Part shown: piece by piece, positions 45,806-55,255 of the stretch
Numbering within the stretch: position 1 is the stretch's first letter
How the letters are laid out: every line of letters starts with the position of its first letter
Assembly (NCBI GenBank): GCA_903831805.1
Contig: CAIKZD010000017.1
Location: 12,358-76,357, forward strand
DNA: 64,000 bases
From: an uncultured bacterium
GTDB taxonomy: Bacteria > Patescibacteriota > Minisyncoccia > Moranbacterales > UBA2206
Direction: 5' to 3'
Notes under the pieces: generated by a model
Seen by the model: the letters and a program-made list of their open reading frames with translations, nothing else
The model's database searches: none
What the model was told of the DNA's origin: nothing
Made by a program: the position numbers and the translations under genes

Positions 45806-46828
45806 TTAAGTTAAGATCCGGATCAAGGTCCGGCCGATTATTCTTTTGCCCACAGCCCAAGTGATAAAATTGAATAAAATATTTCTTACGGGCCAAAGAA
45901 TAATGACGACGACCAGCATGGCTTCGTGCAAGTATTTGTCGCGCAGAGCGGCATGAATTTTTCGGGCTTTGTGGCGCGGGTCAAGAATAGTTTTGGCGAT
46001 GTCTTCACCTGAAACTAGTGCTTGATAGATGCCTTCGCCGGTGAAACCATCGGCCAGTCCCGCCGCGTCGCCTGCGAGAAAGATGTTTCCGAATTTCCAG
46101 CCGCGATAATCGCAATTGATGAGGAAAACTTCACGGGGTACGTTTTCAAGACTGATATTTCTTTCTTTGGCCCAGGCTTCGAATTTTTTTTGGGCAATGA
46201 GAGGTGAAAAAACTTTTTGAGGATAGCCATATCCGATGGAGATGTGGTCACGGTGCGGAAATATCCAGGAATACCAAGAACTGAAAAATTTGGAATTGAG
46301 AAAAATTTCAAAATCAGGAAAGTCTCCCAGGGGAAGCTTGTATTGCACAGCCACGCCGGCCAATCTCGTTTTGATCTTGAGAAACCGGCGCACGACTGAG
46401 TTGGATCCGTCCGCGCCGATGAGAAATTCAAAGCCAATTTTTTCTTGATCATTAATGATCAGATAATCTTTTTCAATTTTGCCAACATGGGATGAGGTGC
46501 GCACAGTGACATTGTGCCCCAGTTTTTGGAGTTGCCAAGCCCCTAAATTTTTCCGGTCGATGGTGTAGAAAAAAGTTTCCCCAAAATTGATGCGCGTCCT
46601 GACGCGAGGGGAGTTGAAAAAAATTTCATTGTATTTGTAGTCAATTATACTCTCAGGCAAATTGAGATACTGGATGCTTTTCCGTGTGAGGCCGCCGGCG
46701 CAGATTTTGGGTCCGATTTCAGCGTTTTTTTCCAAAATAAGCACGCTTTTTCCCGCCTCGCCCAAAATTTTGGCGGCATTGAGTCCCGCTGGTCCCGCCC
46801 CGATGATGATGACTTCGTATTTTTCCAT
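45806..46828 (-). CDS. geranylgeranyl reductase-family FAD-dependent oxidoreductase
   Basis: MEKYEVIIIGAGPAGL...ICAGGL. The ORF-track 5' extension to 47062 runs through a MITE and is probably artefactual. Confidence 0.75.
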   Translation of the reverse strand: MEKYEVIIIGAGPAGLNAAKILGEAGKSVLILEKNAEIGPKICAGGLTRKSIQYLNLPESIIDYKYNEIFFNSPRVRTRINFGETFFYTIDRKNLGAWQLQKLGHNVTVRTSSHVGKIEKDYLIINDQEKIGFEFLIGADGSNSVVRRFLKIKTRLAGVAVQYKLPLGDFPDFEIFLNSKFFSSWYSWIFPHRDHISIGYGYPQKVFSPLIAQKKFEAWAKERNISLENVPREVFLINCDYRGWKFGNIFLAGDAAGLADGFTGEGIYQALVSGEDIAKTILDPRHKARKIHAALRDKYLHEAMLVVVIILWPVRNILFNFITWAVGKRIIGRTLIRILT

Positions 46829-46883
46829 AAGTTTGTTTATTTTATTCCAGTATAAAGGAAGGCGGGGAAAAGGCAATCTTTTT

Positions 46884-47032
46884 GTCATCCTGAGCGGAGT
46901 GAGTCGCCGATAAGGCGAGGAACGCAGTCGAAGAATCTGCTTTGTGATAATTCTTGTTTTGTGATTTATAGTAAAATTAGCAGCTACACCAGGCAGATTC
47001 TTCGACTTCGCTACGCTCCGCTCAGAATGACA
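46884..47032. repeat. MITE-like element family 1 copy (intergenic)
   Basis: TGTCATCCTGAGCGGAGTGAGTCGCC...GTCGAAGAATCTGC ... GCAGATTCTTCGACTTCGCTACGCTCCGCTCAGAATGACA. Confidence 0.8.
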
Positions 47033-47079
47033 AATCACTACATCGTTTAAGTATAGAGCCAATCTTGTTTGACTTTTTC

Positions 47080-47265
47080 AGCTTTTAGGGATAGGATAAA
47101 GATACTTCTGGGGTTTGGCTCCCGGAGGAAAATTTAAAAAGAGTCTCGACATTTAGTCGGGGAAATCAGGTGGAACCGCGGACTTGATGTAAGTGATTAA
47201 TTACTTACATCGAAGCTCGTCCTGAACATGCGATTTTTTTGTATGTTCTGGACGGGCTTTTTGTT
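47080..47265 (+). promoter_or_regulatory. T-box riboswitch leader of glyQS
   Basis: AAATCAGGTGGAACCGCGG (47163..47181) matches the T-box consensus AANNNGGGTGGNACCGCGG. A downstream hairpin TTGATGTAAGT...ACTTACATCGAAG and a U-run follow; an upstream hairpin loop contains GGC (Gly). Confidence 0.6.
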
Positions 47266-47338
47266 TCTCTCTACGAATTACGAATTGGTACGAATATACG
47301 AATTAGAAAAGATAATTTTTTAAAAATACCAAAACAAT

Positions 47339-48745
47339 ATGAGTGAAAAAAACAATAATGAACAATCCATGATGGAGAAAATGACATCGCTGTGCAAAAG
47401 GCGGGGGTTTGTTTTTCCGAGCAGTGAAATTTATGGCGGGATGCAGGCCATTTATGATTACGGTCATTATGGCACACTGCTCAAAAATAATATTCGTGAT
47501 GCGTGGCTCCGCCACATGGTGCAGTTACGCTCGGATGTCGTAGGATTGGATAGCGCCATTTTCATGCATCCGAAAACTTGGGTGGCCTCGGGACACGTGG
47601 GCGGGTTCAACGATCCGCAGGCGGATTGCAAAAAATGTAAGTCACGTTTCCGGGCCGATCATATTTTGGAAGAATTTGGTATCAACGCTGATAAAGCACC
47701 TTTGGAAGAACTAAATGCACACTTGGACAAATTGCGCGCGGAGAAAAAATTGAAATGTCCCAATTGCGGTTCGACCGATCTGACGGAAGCCAAGATTTTC
47801 TCTCTCATGGTCAAATCCAATATCGGTTCGCCAACGGACGAACTGAAAGAAGAAAATGTGGTCTATCTGCGGCCGGAAACTTGTGGCGGCATTTATTTGG
47901 AATACAAAAATACCGTCGATTCACTGCATGTGAAATTGCCATTCGGCATCGCGCAAGTCGGCAAAGCTTTCCGGAATGAAATCGTGGCGCGCCAATTCAT
48001 TTTCCGCACGCGCGAATTTGAGCAGATGGAAATGCAATATTTCTTGCATCCGAGCATGATGAAAGATAAATATGAAGATTGGAAGAAAACGCGCTGGCAA
48101 TGGTACTTAGAATACGGCATTGCCGAAAATGAAATTCGCTGGTATAAGCACGAAAAATTGGCGCATTATGCTTCGGAGGCGTTTGACGTGGAATATAATT
48201 TCAAAACTCTCGGCGGCTTCAAAGAGGTGGAAGGCGTGCATGCGCGCGGTGATTGGGATCTGTCTCAGCATGCCAAGTTTTCCGGCGTGGACCTGAGCTA
48301 TTTCGACGAAAAATCTGGCGAAAGATTCATCCCACACATCATGGAAACTTCCGTGGGTCTGAATCGTTTGGTGCTGATGTTCCTCGACCAAGCCTACCAA
48401 GAAGAAACAGTGGGCGAGGACACGCGAGTGGTTTTGAAATTAGACAAACGTCTGGCGCCGATCAAAGTAGCGATTTTGCCACTTTCCAAAAAAGAAGAAT
48501 TATCCAAGCCAGCCAGAGAAATTTATGAAAAATTACGTGAGAATTTTATGGCCGAATATGACGAAACACAATCGATTGGCAAGCGCTACCGCCGCCAAGA
48601 TGAAATCGGCACACCGTTCTGCGTGACAGTCGATTTTGAAACGCTGAATGATCAATCGGTGACCGTGCGAGAACGTGATAGCATGAAACAAGAACGGGTT
48701 AAGATAGGGAAGTTAGAAAGTTATTTGAGAGAGAATTTATCATAA
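47339..48745 (+). CDS. glyQS: glycyl-tRNA synthetase (alpha2 dimeric type)
   Basis: RRGFVFPSSEIYGGMQAIYDYGHYG, the hallmark of alpha2 GlyRS; class II motifs. Confidence 0.85.
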   Translation: MSEKNNNEQSMMEKMTSLCKRRGFVFPSSEIYGGMQAIYDYGHYGTLLKNNIRDAWLRHMVQLRSDVVGLDSAIFMHPKTWVASGHVGGFNDPQADCKKCKSRFRADHILEEFGINADKAPLEELNAHLDKLRAEKKLKCPNCGSTDLTEAKIFSLMVKSNIGSPTDELKEENVVYLRPETCGGIYLEYKNTVDSLHVKLPFGIAQVGKAFRNEIVARQFIFRTREFEQMEMQYFLHPSMMKDKYEDWKKTRWQWYLEYGIAENEIRWYKHEKLAHYASEAFDVEYNFKTLGGFKEVEGVHARGDWDLSQHAKFSGVDLSYFDEKSGERFIPHIMETSVGLNRLVLMFLDQAYQEETVGEDTRVVLKLDKRLAPIKVAILPLSKKEELSKPAREIYEKLRENFMAEYDETQSIGKRYRRQDEIGTPFCVTVDFETLNDQSVTVRERDSMKQERVKIGKLESYLRENLS

Positions 48746-48785
48746 TTCTCAAAAGATGTTTAAAGTTGCCATGAGGAGGTAAGTT

Positions 48786-49127
48786 ATGCGTTATGTCAAA
48801 CCCGGAGAAGATAGTCTGGAAGCATTGGAAGAAATGGCATGTGGTGAAGGGGCTTCTGGTGGAGTCGAGAATGATCCAAATTTGGAGCGGGAATTCCAAG
48901 ATATGGAAGACCGACCGGAAATTACAGCATCGGAGGGCGGTGCCGGGATAGTAAAACAATGCGAAAGCGGTGTTGTGGCTGCCCTCAGAACAATTAACCG
49001 TATCCTTATGCATCAAGCAGGTGATCCTGACATTCGTAGAATAAGGGACAGGTTGTCAAAGGCATATGACGATTTGCAGGAAAACCATCCGGAAATCGGC
49101 GAAGAGCTGACAAATGGCAAGGATTGA
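48786..49127 (+). CDS. acidic hypothetical protein (113 aa)
   Basis: No recognisable domain; followed by the perfect palindrome AGAGAAAGAGACGACGTCTCTTTCTCT. Confidence 0.4.
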   Translation: MRYVKPGEDSLEALEEMACGEGASGGVENDPNLEREFQDMEDRPEITASEGGAGIVKQCESGVVAALRTINRILMHQAGDPDIRRIRDRLSKAYDDLQENHPEIGEELTNGKD

Positions 49128-49203
49128 CGGGAGGCTGGAAATAGAGAAAGAGACGACGTCTCTTTCTCTATGAAATAAAAAATAATAATTTTATATAAAC
49201 TAT

Positions 49204-50154
49204 ATGAATATTCAAGAAATATACAAACTAGCCATCGAACTTGGGATAAAAAATGATTTTCGGACAAGAAAGGAAATCGCGGAATATTTGAAAGAAAAAA
49301 AAGAAGAATATGAAAATCTTCCGAAAGATGAAAAGAAATATTTTGACCAAGAAAAACTGACTAATCCTTATTCCGATTCTAGGATAAATTTTGCCGGAGG
49401 AAAAAAGGAAATTCGAAAAATAGTCGCTAGCATTGATATAACTCAGGGCGGACTTTTGATTGCCAAAGAGTTAGGGGTGGACTTGGTTTTCAATCATCAT
49501 CCGGTCGGGTTGGCTCTGGCAGGCCTCGACGATGTGATGAATTACCAAATTGATCAGATGGAAAAATTAGGCGTGCCGGTGAATGTGGCGGAAAAGCTGA
49601 TCCATAAAAGAATATCGGAAGTGGCACGGGGCATCAATCCGAGCAATCATTATGCGGTGGTGGATGCGGCCAAGGCGCTAAAAATAAATCTAATGAACGC
49701 TCATACGCCGGGAGATAACTGCGCCGCTCAGTTTGTTTCGCGAAAAATTGAAGAAGCTCAACCTAGATATGTCAAGGATATTTTAAAAATCCTTATTGAA
49801 ATTCCGGAATATCAAGAGGCGAAAAAACAAGCTAGCGGTCCAATGATTTTTTCCGGAGCGGAGAAAAATCGAACAGGGAAAATAATCGTTTCTGAATTTA
49901 CGGGCGGAACAGAAGGATCCAAAGAAATTTATCAAGTTATGGCCAACTTCGGGGTGGGGACAATCATCAGTATGCATCAAAGTGAAGAGCATCGGAAAGC
50001 GGCGGAAGCGGCGCATATCAATGTCGTGGTGGCCGGACATATATCGAGCGATTCATTGGGTATGAATTTAATTTTAGATGAACTGGAAAAGAAAGGCATG
50101 GAAGTCATCCCTTTTGGCGGATTAATAAGAATAAATCGAAATAAGAAAAAATAA
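49204..50154 (+). CDS. Nif3-family (YbgI/YqfO-like) dinuclear metal-centre protein
   Basis: DLVFNHHPVGL (HHP motif) and NAHTPGDNCAAQ match the Nif3 signatures. Confidence 0.55.
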   Translation: MNIQEIYKLAIELGIKNDFRTRKEIAEYLKEKKEEYENLPKDEKKYFDQEKLTNPYSDSRINFAGGKKEIRKIVASIDITQGGLLIAKELGVDLVFNHHPVGLALAGLDDVMNYQIDQMEKLGVPVNVAEKLIHKRISEVARGINPSNHYAVVDAAKALKINLMNAHTPGDNCAAQFVSRKIEEAQPRYVKDILKILIEIPEYQEAKKQASGPMIFSGAEKNRTGKIIVSEFTGGTEGSKEIYQVMANFGVGTIISMHQSEEHRKAAEAAHINVVVAGHISSDSLGMNLILDELEKKGMEVIPFGGLIRINRNKKK

Positions 50155-50159
50155 AATCT

Positions 50160-51428
50160 ATGAACTATAAAAAAACAACATTAAAAAATGGTTTACGCAT
50201 CATTACCGCTCCGATGAAGGGCACGCAGACGGTGACGATCGTGGCGGCGATCGGGGTGGGTAGTCGGTTTGAAACTGACAAAGAAGCAGGGCTGTCGCAT
50301 TTCATTGAACATATGTTGTTCAAAGGCACCGAGAAACGGCCGACCACGCTCGACATTGCCACGGAGATGGATGAGATCGGCGGCGATTTCAATGCGTTCA
50401 CTTCCAAAGACACGACTGCCTATTATGCCAAGGCGGACGCCCGGCACGCGCAGGTTATAATTGACATAATTTCCGACATCTATCTCAATTCCAAATTCGA
50501 AGAAGCGGAGATTAAAAAAGAAAACGGCACCATCATCCAAGAGATCAATATGTATGAAGATATGCCGATGCGCAATGTGGAAAATGTTTTTGAGCAGTTG
50601 CTTTATCCTGGTATGCCGCTCGGGCGCGACATTGCCGGCACCAAAAAAACCGTGGCATCTTTCAAGCGAAAAGATTTTCTGAACTATATCCGCCGCCACT
50701 ATATGGCCAACGACACGGTGATTTGCGTGGCTGGGAAATTGGATGAGAAAAAAGTTTTGGCGCAGCTCGAGAAAAGTTTTTCCGGCATGGAAAAAAAGAA
50801 AGACACGAAAATCGTCAAAGTGAAAGAGGTGCAGAAAACTCCAGCACTCAAGATCCAATTCAAGAAAACCGACCAGACCCATTTTGTCTTGGGGCTGCGC
50901 GCCTTGAATAGGGATCACAAGGATCGCTATGTTCTCTCTTTGCTTTCCACAATTCTGGGCGGCGGGATGTCGAGCCGGCTCTTCATCGAAGTGCGAGAGA
51001 AGCGGGGCTTGGCCTACTATGTTCGGACTGCGGTGGAAGCGTACGAGGACGCGGGGTATATCGCGACGCAAGCCGGGGTGGAACATAAAAATTTGAAATT
51101 GGCTTTGAAGACTATCCTGGAAGAATACGCGAAAATTGCCAGAGAAGAGGTGAGCGAAAAAGAACTCAAAAAAGCCAAGGACTATATCAAAGGAAAAACC
51201 GTGATGGGGATGGAGGCATCGGATGCGGTGGCTATGTTTTTCGCGGGGCAAGAAGTGGAGCGAGAAAAAATCATGACAGTAGAAGAAAAATTCAAATTTA
51301 TTGACGCGGTCACCGTGAGAGATATCTTGCGGGTGGCCAAGAATGTTTTCAAGGACGAAAAGCTCAACCTGGCGCTGATCGGACCGCATAAAGTTACGAA
51401 AGAATTAAGGGGTTTGCTTAAGCTTTAA
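50160..51428 (+). CDS. M16-family zinc peptidase (insulinase-like)
   Basis: HFIEHMLFKGT (inverted zincin HxxEH motif). Confidence 0.8.
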   Translation: MNYKKTTLKNGLRIITAPMKGTQTVTIVAAIGVGSRFETDKEAGLSHFIEHMLFKGTEKRPTTLDIATEMDEIGGDFNAFTSKDTTAYYAKADARHAQVIIDIISDIYLNSKFEEAEIKKENGTIIQEINMYEDMPMRNVENVFEQLLYPGMPLGRDIAGTKKTVASFKRKDFLNYIRRHYMANDTVICVAGKLDEKKVLAQLEKSFSGMEKKKDTKIVKVKEVQKTPALKIQFKKTDQTHFVLGLRALNRDHKDRYVLSLLSTILGGGMSSRLFIEVREKRGLAYYVRTAVEAYEDAGYIATQAGVEHKNLKLALKTILEEYAKIAREEVSEKELKKAKDYIKGKTVMGMEASDAVAMFFAGQEVEREKIMTVEEKFKFIDAVTVRDILRVAKNVFKDEKLNLALIGPHKVTKELRGLLKL

Positions 51429-51448
51429 TTAGGGCTTAGAATGAGATT

Positions 51449-52474
51449 ATGAATGAAATTAGAAAAATTGAAATTTCCACGGCCACCATTTTCAAAACTA
51501 TTTTAATCCTGTTGTCCATAGTGTTTTTGTATATGGTGCGCGATATCGTGATGCTGCTTTTCATCGCGGTCATTATTGTGGCGGCCATTGATCCGGCTGT
51601 AGATTTCATGCAAAAGAAAAGAATCCCACGGCCCATTGGAACTCTGATCATCTATATAGTTCTATTGGCCTTGATTTCTTTAGCAGTTTCATTTCTTATC
51701 CCCCCGATGACTAAACAGCTGCACGAATTCTCCGGCAATCTTAATCAATATTATGCCGGCGCGGAGAATTCTCTGAATAATTTCGGCACGCTCTTGCAAG
51801 GCCAGCATATCGACATTGGAGTGAGTCGGATGGTCAATGAAATCGGCAACGCGGTGGGCAACATTCCGCGCAGTATTTTTTCCACGACCGTGGGAGTTTT
51901 CTCGAGTGCGTTGTCATTTATCGTAGTGCTTTCCATGGCTTTCTATATGTCAGTCGAAGAGGACGGCATCAAAAAATTCATCGTTTCTCTGACGCCCGAA
52001 CCGCACAAAAAATATGCCGCCAGTCTGACTACTCGAATTGAAAGCAAGATTGGCCGTTGGATGGCCGGGCAATTGATGTTGATGATTATTATTTTCATCT
52101 TGGACTACATCGGCCTTACTTTGATTGGTATGCCGTATGCACTGGTCTTAGCCTTTTTGGCCGGAATTTTGGAAGCGGTGCCGTATGTCGGTCCGATTGC
52201 TTCGGCCATTCCCGGCATCATCATCGGCTTTCTAGTCTCTCCGGTCAAAGGCTTTCTGGCTTTCTTGGTTTATCTAGTGGCGCAACAATTTGAAACCAAT
52301 GTCATTGTGCCGCAGATTATGAAAAAAGCCTTGGGCCTAAATCCGGTCGCGACCATCTCGGCTATCCTAATCGGCTTTAAACTGGCCGGAGTGCTGGGGG
52401 CGATCATTGCTGTGCCGACTGCCACGGCAATCAGTCTTTTCATTGCAGACTTAATGGAACGAGAAGAAAAATAA
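51449..52474 (+). CDS. AI-2E family transporter (PerM/UPF0118)
   Basis: Multi-TM protein with the characteristic family pattern. Confidence 0.8.
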   Translation: MNEIRKIEISTATIFKTILILLSIVFLYMVRDIVMLLFIAVIIVAAIDPAVDFMQKKRIPRPIGTLIIYIVLLALISLAVSFLIPPMTKQLHEFSGNLNQYYAGAENSLNNFGTLLQGQHIDIGVSRMVNEIGNAVGNIPRSIFSTTVGVFSSALSFIVVLSMAFYMSVEEDGIKKFIVSLTPEPHKKYAASLTTRIESKIGRWMAGQLMLMIIIFILDYIGLTLIGMPYALVLAFLAGILEAVPYVGPIASAIPGIIIGFLVSPVKGFLAFLVYLVAQQFETNVIVPQIMKKALGLNPVATISAILIGFKLAGVLGAIIAVPTATAISLFIADLMEREEK

Positions 52475-52479
52475 TTTAT

Positions 52480-53172
52480 ATGGATACAGGCACACTCTAT
52501 ATCGTCGCGACTCCAATCGGCAATCTCAGTGACATTACCTATCGAGCGGTGGAAATCCTTAATAAGGTTGATTTGATTGTGTGCGAAGACACCAGGACCA
52601 GCCGGAAACTTTTGGATCATTATGGCATAAAAACCGCCACGATGTCTTTCTATCAAAATATTCGCAGTGGGGGAGCGAGCAAGCCGGTGCCGAAAACGGA
52701 AAGAATCATTGCAGAACTTACGAGCGGCAAAAATGTGGCACTCATTACGGACGCCGGGACGCCTGGGATTTCAGACCCGGGCAATCAATTGGTGGCGGCG
52801 GCAGTGCGCGAAGGGGTTGTGGCCATTCCAGTGCCGGGCGCTTCGTCACTTACGACTCTCATCAGTGTGGCCGGCCTTGATCTGACCCGCTTTGTCTTTT
52901 TGGGTTTTCCGCCACACAAAAAAGGCCGCGAAACTTTTTTCAAAGAAGTGACAGCTTTCAATTTTCCCGTTATCTATCTGGAATCGCCACATCGCCTGAT
53001 GAAAAATTTGGAACTGCTGAAAACTTTGGCACCAGAAAAGAATGTCATTCTGGGACGGGAGCTGACCAAGATGTTTGAAGAAATTGTGCGAGGGTCGGTT
53101 GGGGATGTGCTGGAATATTTTGAAAAAAATCCGGGAAAAGTGAAAGGGGAGATTGTGATAATTGCGTATTAA
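52480..53172 (+). CDS. rsmI: 16S rRNA (cytidine1402-2'-O)-methyltransferase
   Basis: LYIVATPIGNLSDITYRAVEIL...LIVCEDTR. Confidence 0.85.
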   Translation: MDTGTLYIVATPIGNLSDITYRAVEILNKVDLIVCEDTRTSRKLLDHYGIKTATMSFYQNIRSGGASKPVPKTERIIAELTSGKNVALITDAGTPGISDPGNQLVAAAVREGVVAIPVPGASSLTTLISVAGLDLTRFVFLGFPPHKKGRETFFKEVTAFNFPVIYLESPHRLMKNLELLKTLAPEKNVILGRELTKMFEEIVRGSVGDVLEYFEKNPGKVKGEIVIIAY

Positions 53173-53178
53173 AAAACT

Positions 53179-54600
53179 ATGAAACAGAAAAATTTTTATA
53201 TAACCACAACCCTGCCCTACGTGAACGCTGATCCGCATATTGGATTTGCCAAGGAAATTGTGGAGGCGGATGTGTTGGCGCGGTATCATCGTGAAAAAGG
53301 CGAGGAAGTGTTTTTCAATACGGGTGTTGACGAGCACGGACTTAAGATTTTGAAAAAAGCCGAGGAGTTGGGAATCGATCCACAAGTCTATTGCGATCAA
53401 AAAGCGCCGGAGTTTGATAAATTAAAATCAGCCTTGAACTTGAGTTATAACAATTTCATCCGTACGACTGATGCGCATCACATTGAAGCGGCGCAAGAAT
53501 TTTGGCGGCGGTGTGAAGAAAATGGTGATATCTACAAAAAAAATTATAGCGTGAAATATTGCGTAGGGTGCGAATTGGAAAAAACCGAGTCGGAACTGGT
53601 GGATGGTCGCTGTCCGCTCCATCCGAATGCGGAGCTGGAGCTGATCGAAGAGGAGAATTATTTTTTCAAGTTTAGCGCCTATCAAGAAAAACTTCTGGCA
53701 CTGTATGAAAAAAATCCAGAGTTTGTTCTGCCAAAGAAAAGATTCAATGAAATCAAAAGTTTTGTCGAGCGAGGACTGGAGGATTTCAGTATCTCGCGGC
53801 TCAAAAGTAAAATGTCATGGGGCATACAAGTGCCAGGGGACGAAGAACATGTGATGTATGTCTGGTTTGATGCATTGGTCAATTACATTTCCGCGCTTGG
53901 CTGGCCTGATGAAAAAGGCAATTTTGAAAAATTTTGGCCAGGTGTGCAAGTGTGCGGCAAGGATAATCTGCGCCAACAATCGGCCATGTGGCAGGCGATG
54001 CTTCTGTCGGCCAAAGTACCAAACTCCAAACAAGTTTTTGTGAATGGTTTCATTACGGTGGACGGGCAAAAAATGAGCAAGTCTATCGGTAATGTCATCT
54101 CGCCATTGGAAATGGTGGAAAAGTTTGGCGTGGACGCGACGCGTTATTTACTTTTGTCTGGAGCTAGTTTTGGTGAAGACTTCGATATCACTTGGGAAAA
54201 AATGACGGAAAAATATAACGCCGATTTGGCGAATGGGTTGGGAAATCTTTTGTCGCGAGTGATTACGTTGGCTGAAAATATTGCGCATGAGCCAAAGGTC
54301 GAACCTTTGGATTCCAAAGGTTCGACCTTTGGCGAGCTGATTGAAAAGTTGGAGTTGGGTAAGGCACTGGAACATATCTGGAAAATAATCGACGAGGATA
54401 ATAAATTTATCGGGGAGAAGAAGCCGTGGGAATTGGTGAAAAATAATCAGGCGGAATTTGAAAAGGTAATGCAGAAATTATTGGATGACTTGAGTTTGAT
54501 TTCTGAATTGCTCGTGCCTTTCATGCCAGACACTGCTGCAAAAATAAAAACAGCTCTGGAAACGAAAAAAGTTGAGCCGTTGTTCCAGAGGATAAAATAA
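53179..54600 (+). CDS. metG: methionyl-tRNA synthetase (short form)
   Basis: YITTTLPYVNADPHIGFA (HIGH-type motif) and KMSKSIGN. Confidence 0.9.
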   Translation: MKQKNFYITTTLPYVNADPHIGFAKEIVEADVLARYHREKGEEVFFNTGVDEHGLKILKKAEELGIDPQVYCDQKAPEFDKLKSALNLSYNNFIRTTDAHHIEAAQEFWRRCEENGDIYKKNYSVKYCVGCELEKTESELVDGRCPLHPNAELELIEEENYFFKFSAYQEKLLALYEKNPEFVLPKKRFNEIKSFVERGLEDFSISRLKSKMSWGIQVPGDEEHVMYVWFDALVNYISALGWPDEKGNFEKFWPGVQVCGKDNLRQQSAMWQAMLLSAKVPNSKQVFVNGFITVDGQKMSKSIGNVISPLEMVEKFGVDATRYLLLSGASFGEDFDITWEKMTEKYNADLANGLGNLLSRVITLAENIAHEPKVEPLDSKGSTFGELIEKLELGKALEHIWKIIDEDNKFIGEKKPWELVKNNQAEFEKVMQKLLDDLSLISELLVPFMPDTAAKIKTALETKKVEPLFQRIK

Positions 54601-54605
54601 AAAAA

Positions 54606-54640
54606 GTCGTTGCGTAATGTCGCGCAACGACTCGAATTGT
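54606..54640 (-). terminator. hairpin terminator (U-run on minus strand; serves the DUF4177 gene, possibly bidirectional)
   Basis: GTCGTTGCG-TAATGT-CGCGCAACGAC flanked by A-run and T-run. Confidence 0.55.
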
Positions 54641-54656
54641 ATGGTTAAGGAATATT

Positions 54657-54851
54657 TCAACCAATACCCAACCAGCTTTTTCCACTACTTGGCGCTATTA
54701 GACGCTTGAAGTAGAATGATCTTTCATGCAGGTGGCTATTGTCGAAGCCGACCAATTCCCAACCTTTTTTTCCGAGGATGTTTAGAATATCCTGAGTTCC
54801 TTCATTGGTTTTTTGTATACTTTGTACAATTTTATATTCCCATTGTTGCAT
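54657..54851 (-). CDS. DUF4177-domain protein
   Basis: MQQWEYKIV...LNILGKKGWELV, the characteristic DUF4177 pattern. Confidence 0.6.
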   Translation of the reverse strand: MQQWEYKIVQSIQKTNEGTQDILNILGKKGWELVGFDNSHLHERSFYFKRLIAPSSGKSWLGIG

Positions 54852-55010
54852 AAGATTACCTCTTAGTTGATGTTTTTTGTTAAATCGCCTTGTTTTTAAA
54901 GAATATAGTAGTATGTATTATCTGATAACATTTGTCAATCTTCATTAAATTTATATAGTGAATATTGCTTAATTTAAGGCAAAAAATGACAAAAGTAGCT
55001 TACATGCATT

Positions 55011-55148
55011 TGTCATTCTGAGCGAAGCGTAGCGAAGTCGAAGAATCTGCTTTGTGTTTCCAGTGGTTATCCTATAAGGGTAAAACTTGTGGTAATGCAA
55101 AGTAGATCCTTCGGCTGCGTCCGAGTACGGACTTCGCTCATGATGACA
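55011..55148. repeat. MITE-like element family 1 copy (intergenic)
   Basis: TGTCATTCTGAGCGAAGCGTAGCGAAGTCGAAGAATCTGC ... GATCCTTCGGCTGCGTCCGAGTACGGACTTCGCTCATGATGACA. The right arm contains the GTCCG-AGTA-CGGAC hairpin. Confidence 0.75.
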
Positions 55149-55255
55149 AGCTTACTAATGACGGGTTTTTACTAAACATTAAATCTAGTGAATTAAATAA
55201 CGAGATTGCCGCGGTCGTTTTGAGTACAAAACTCCCTCGCAATGACAGAATTTCC

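Noticed and set aside
45806-47062. Full 418-aa extent of the minus-strand ORF for the geranylgeranyl reductase gene
   Set aside because: The N-terminal 78 codons are read through a MITE copy (CHSERS... peptide, as generated by the same element elsewhere). The conserved FAD-binding N-terminus MEKYEVIIIGAGPAGL marks the real start at 46828.
49138-49170. Perfect 13-bp palindrome AGAGAAAGAGACG/CGTCTCTTTCTCT after the acidic hypothetical gene, considered as a terminator
   Set aside because: It is not followed by a U-run on either strand, so it is more likely a protein-binding palindrome or a weak structure. It is noted in the evidence for gene 48786-49127 but not annotated as a terminator.
50193-51389. 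398-aa minus-strand ORF
   Set aside because: It is fully antisense to the M16 peptidase gene (HxxEH motif, strong homology pattern). A shadow ORF with low-complexity His/Phe-rich translation.
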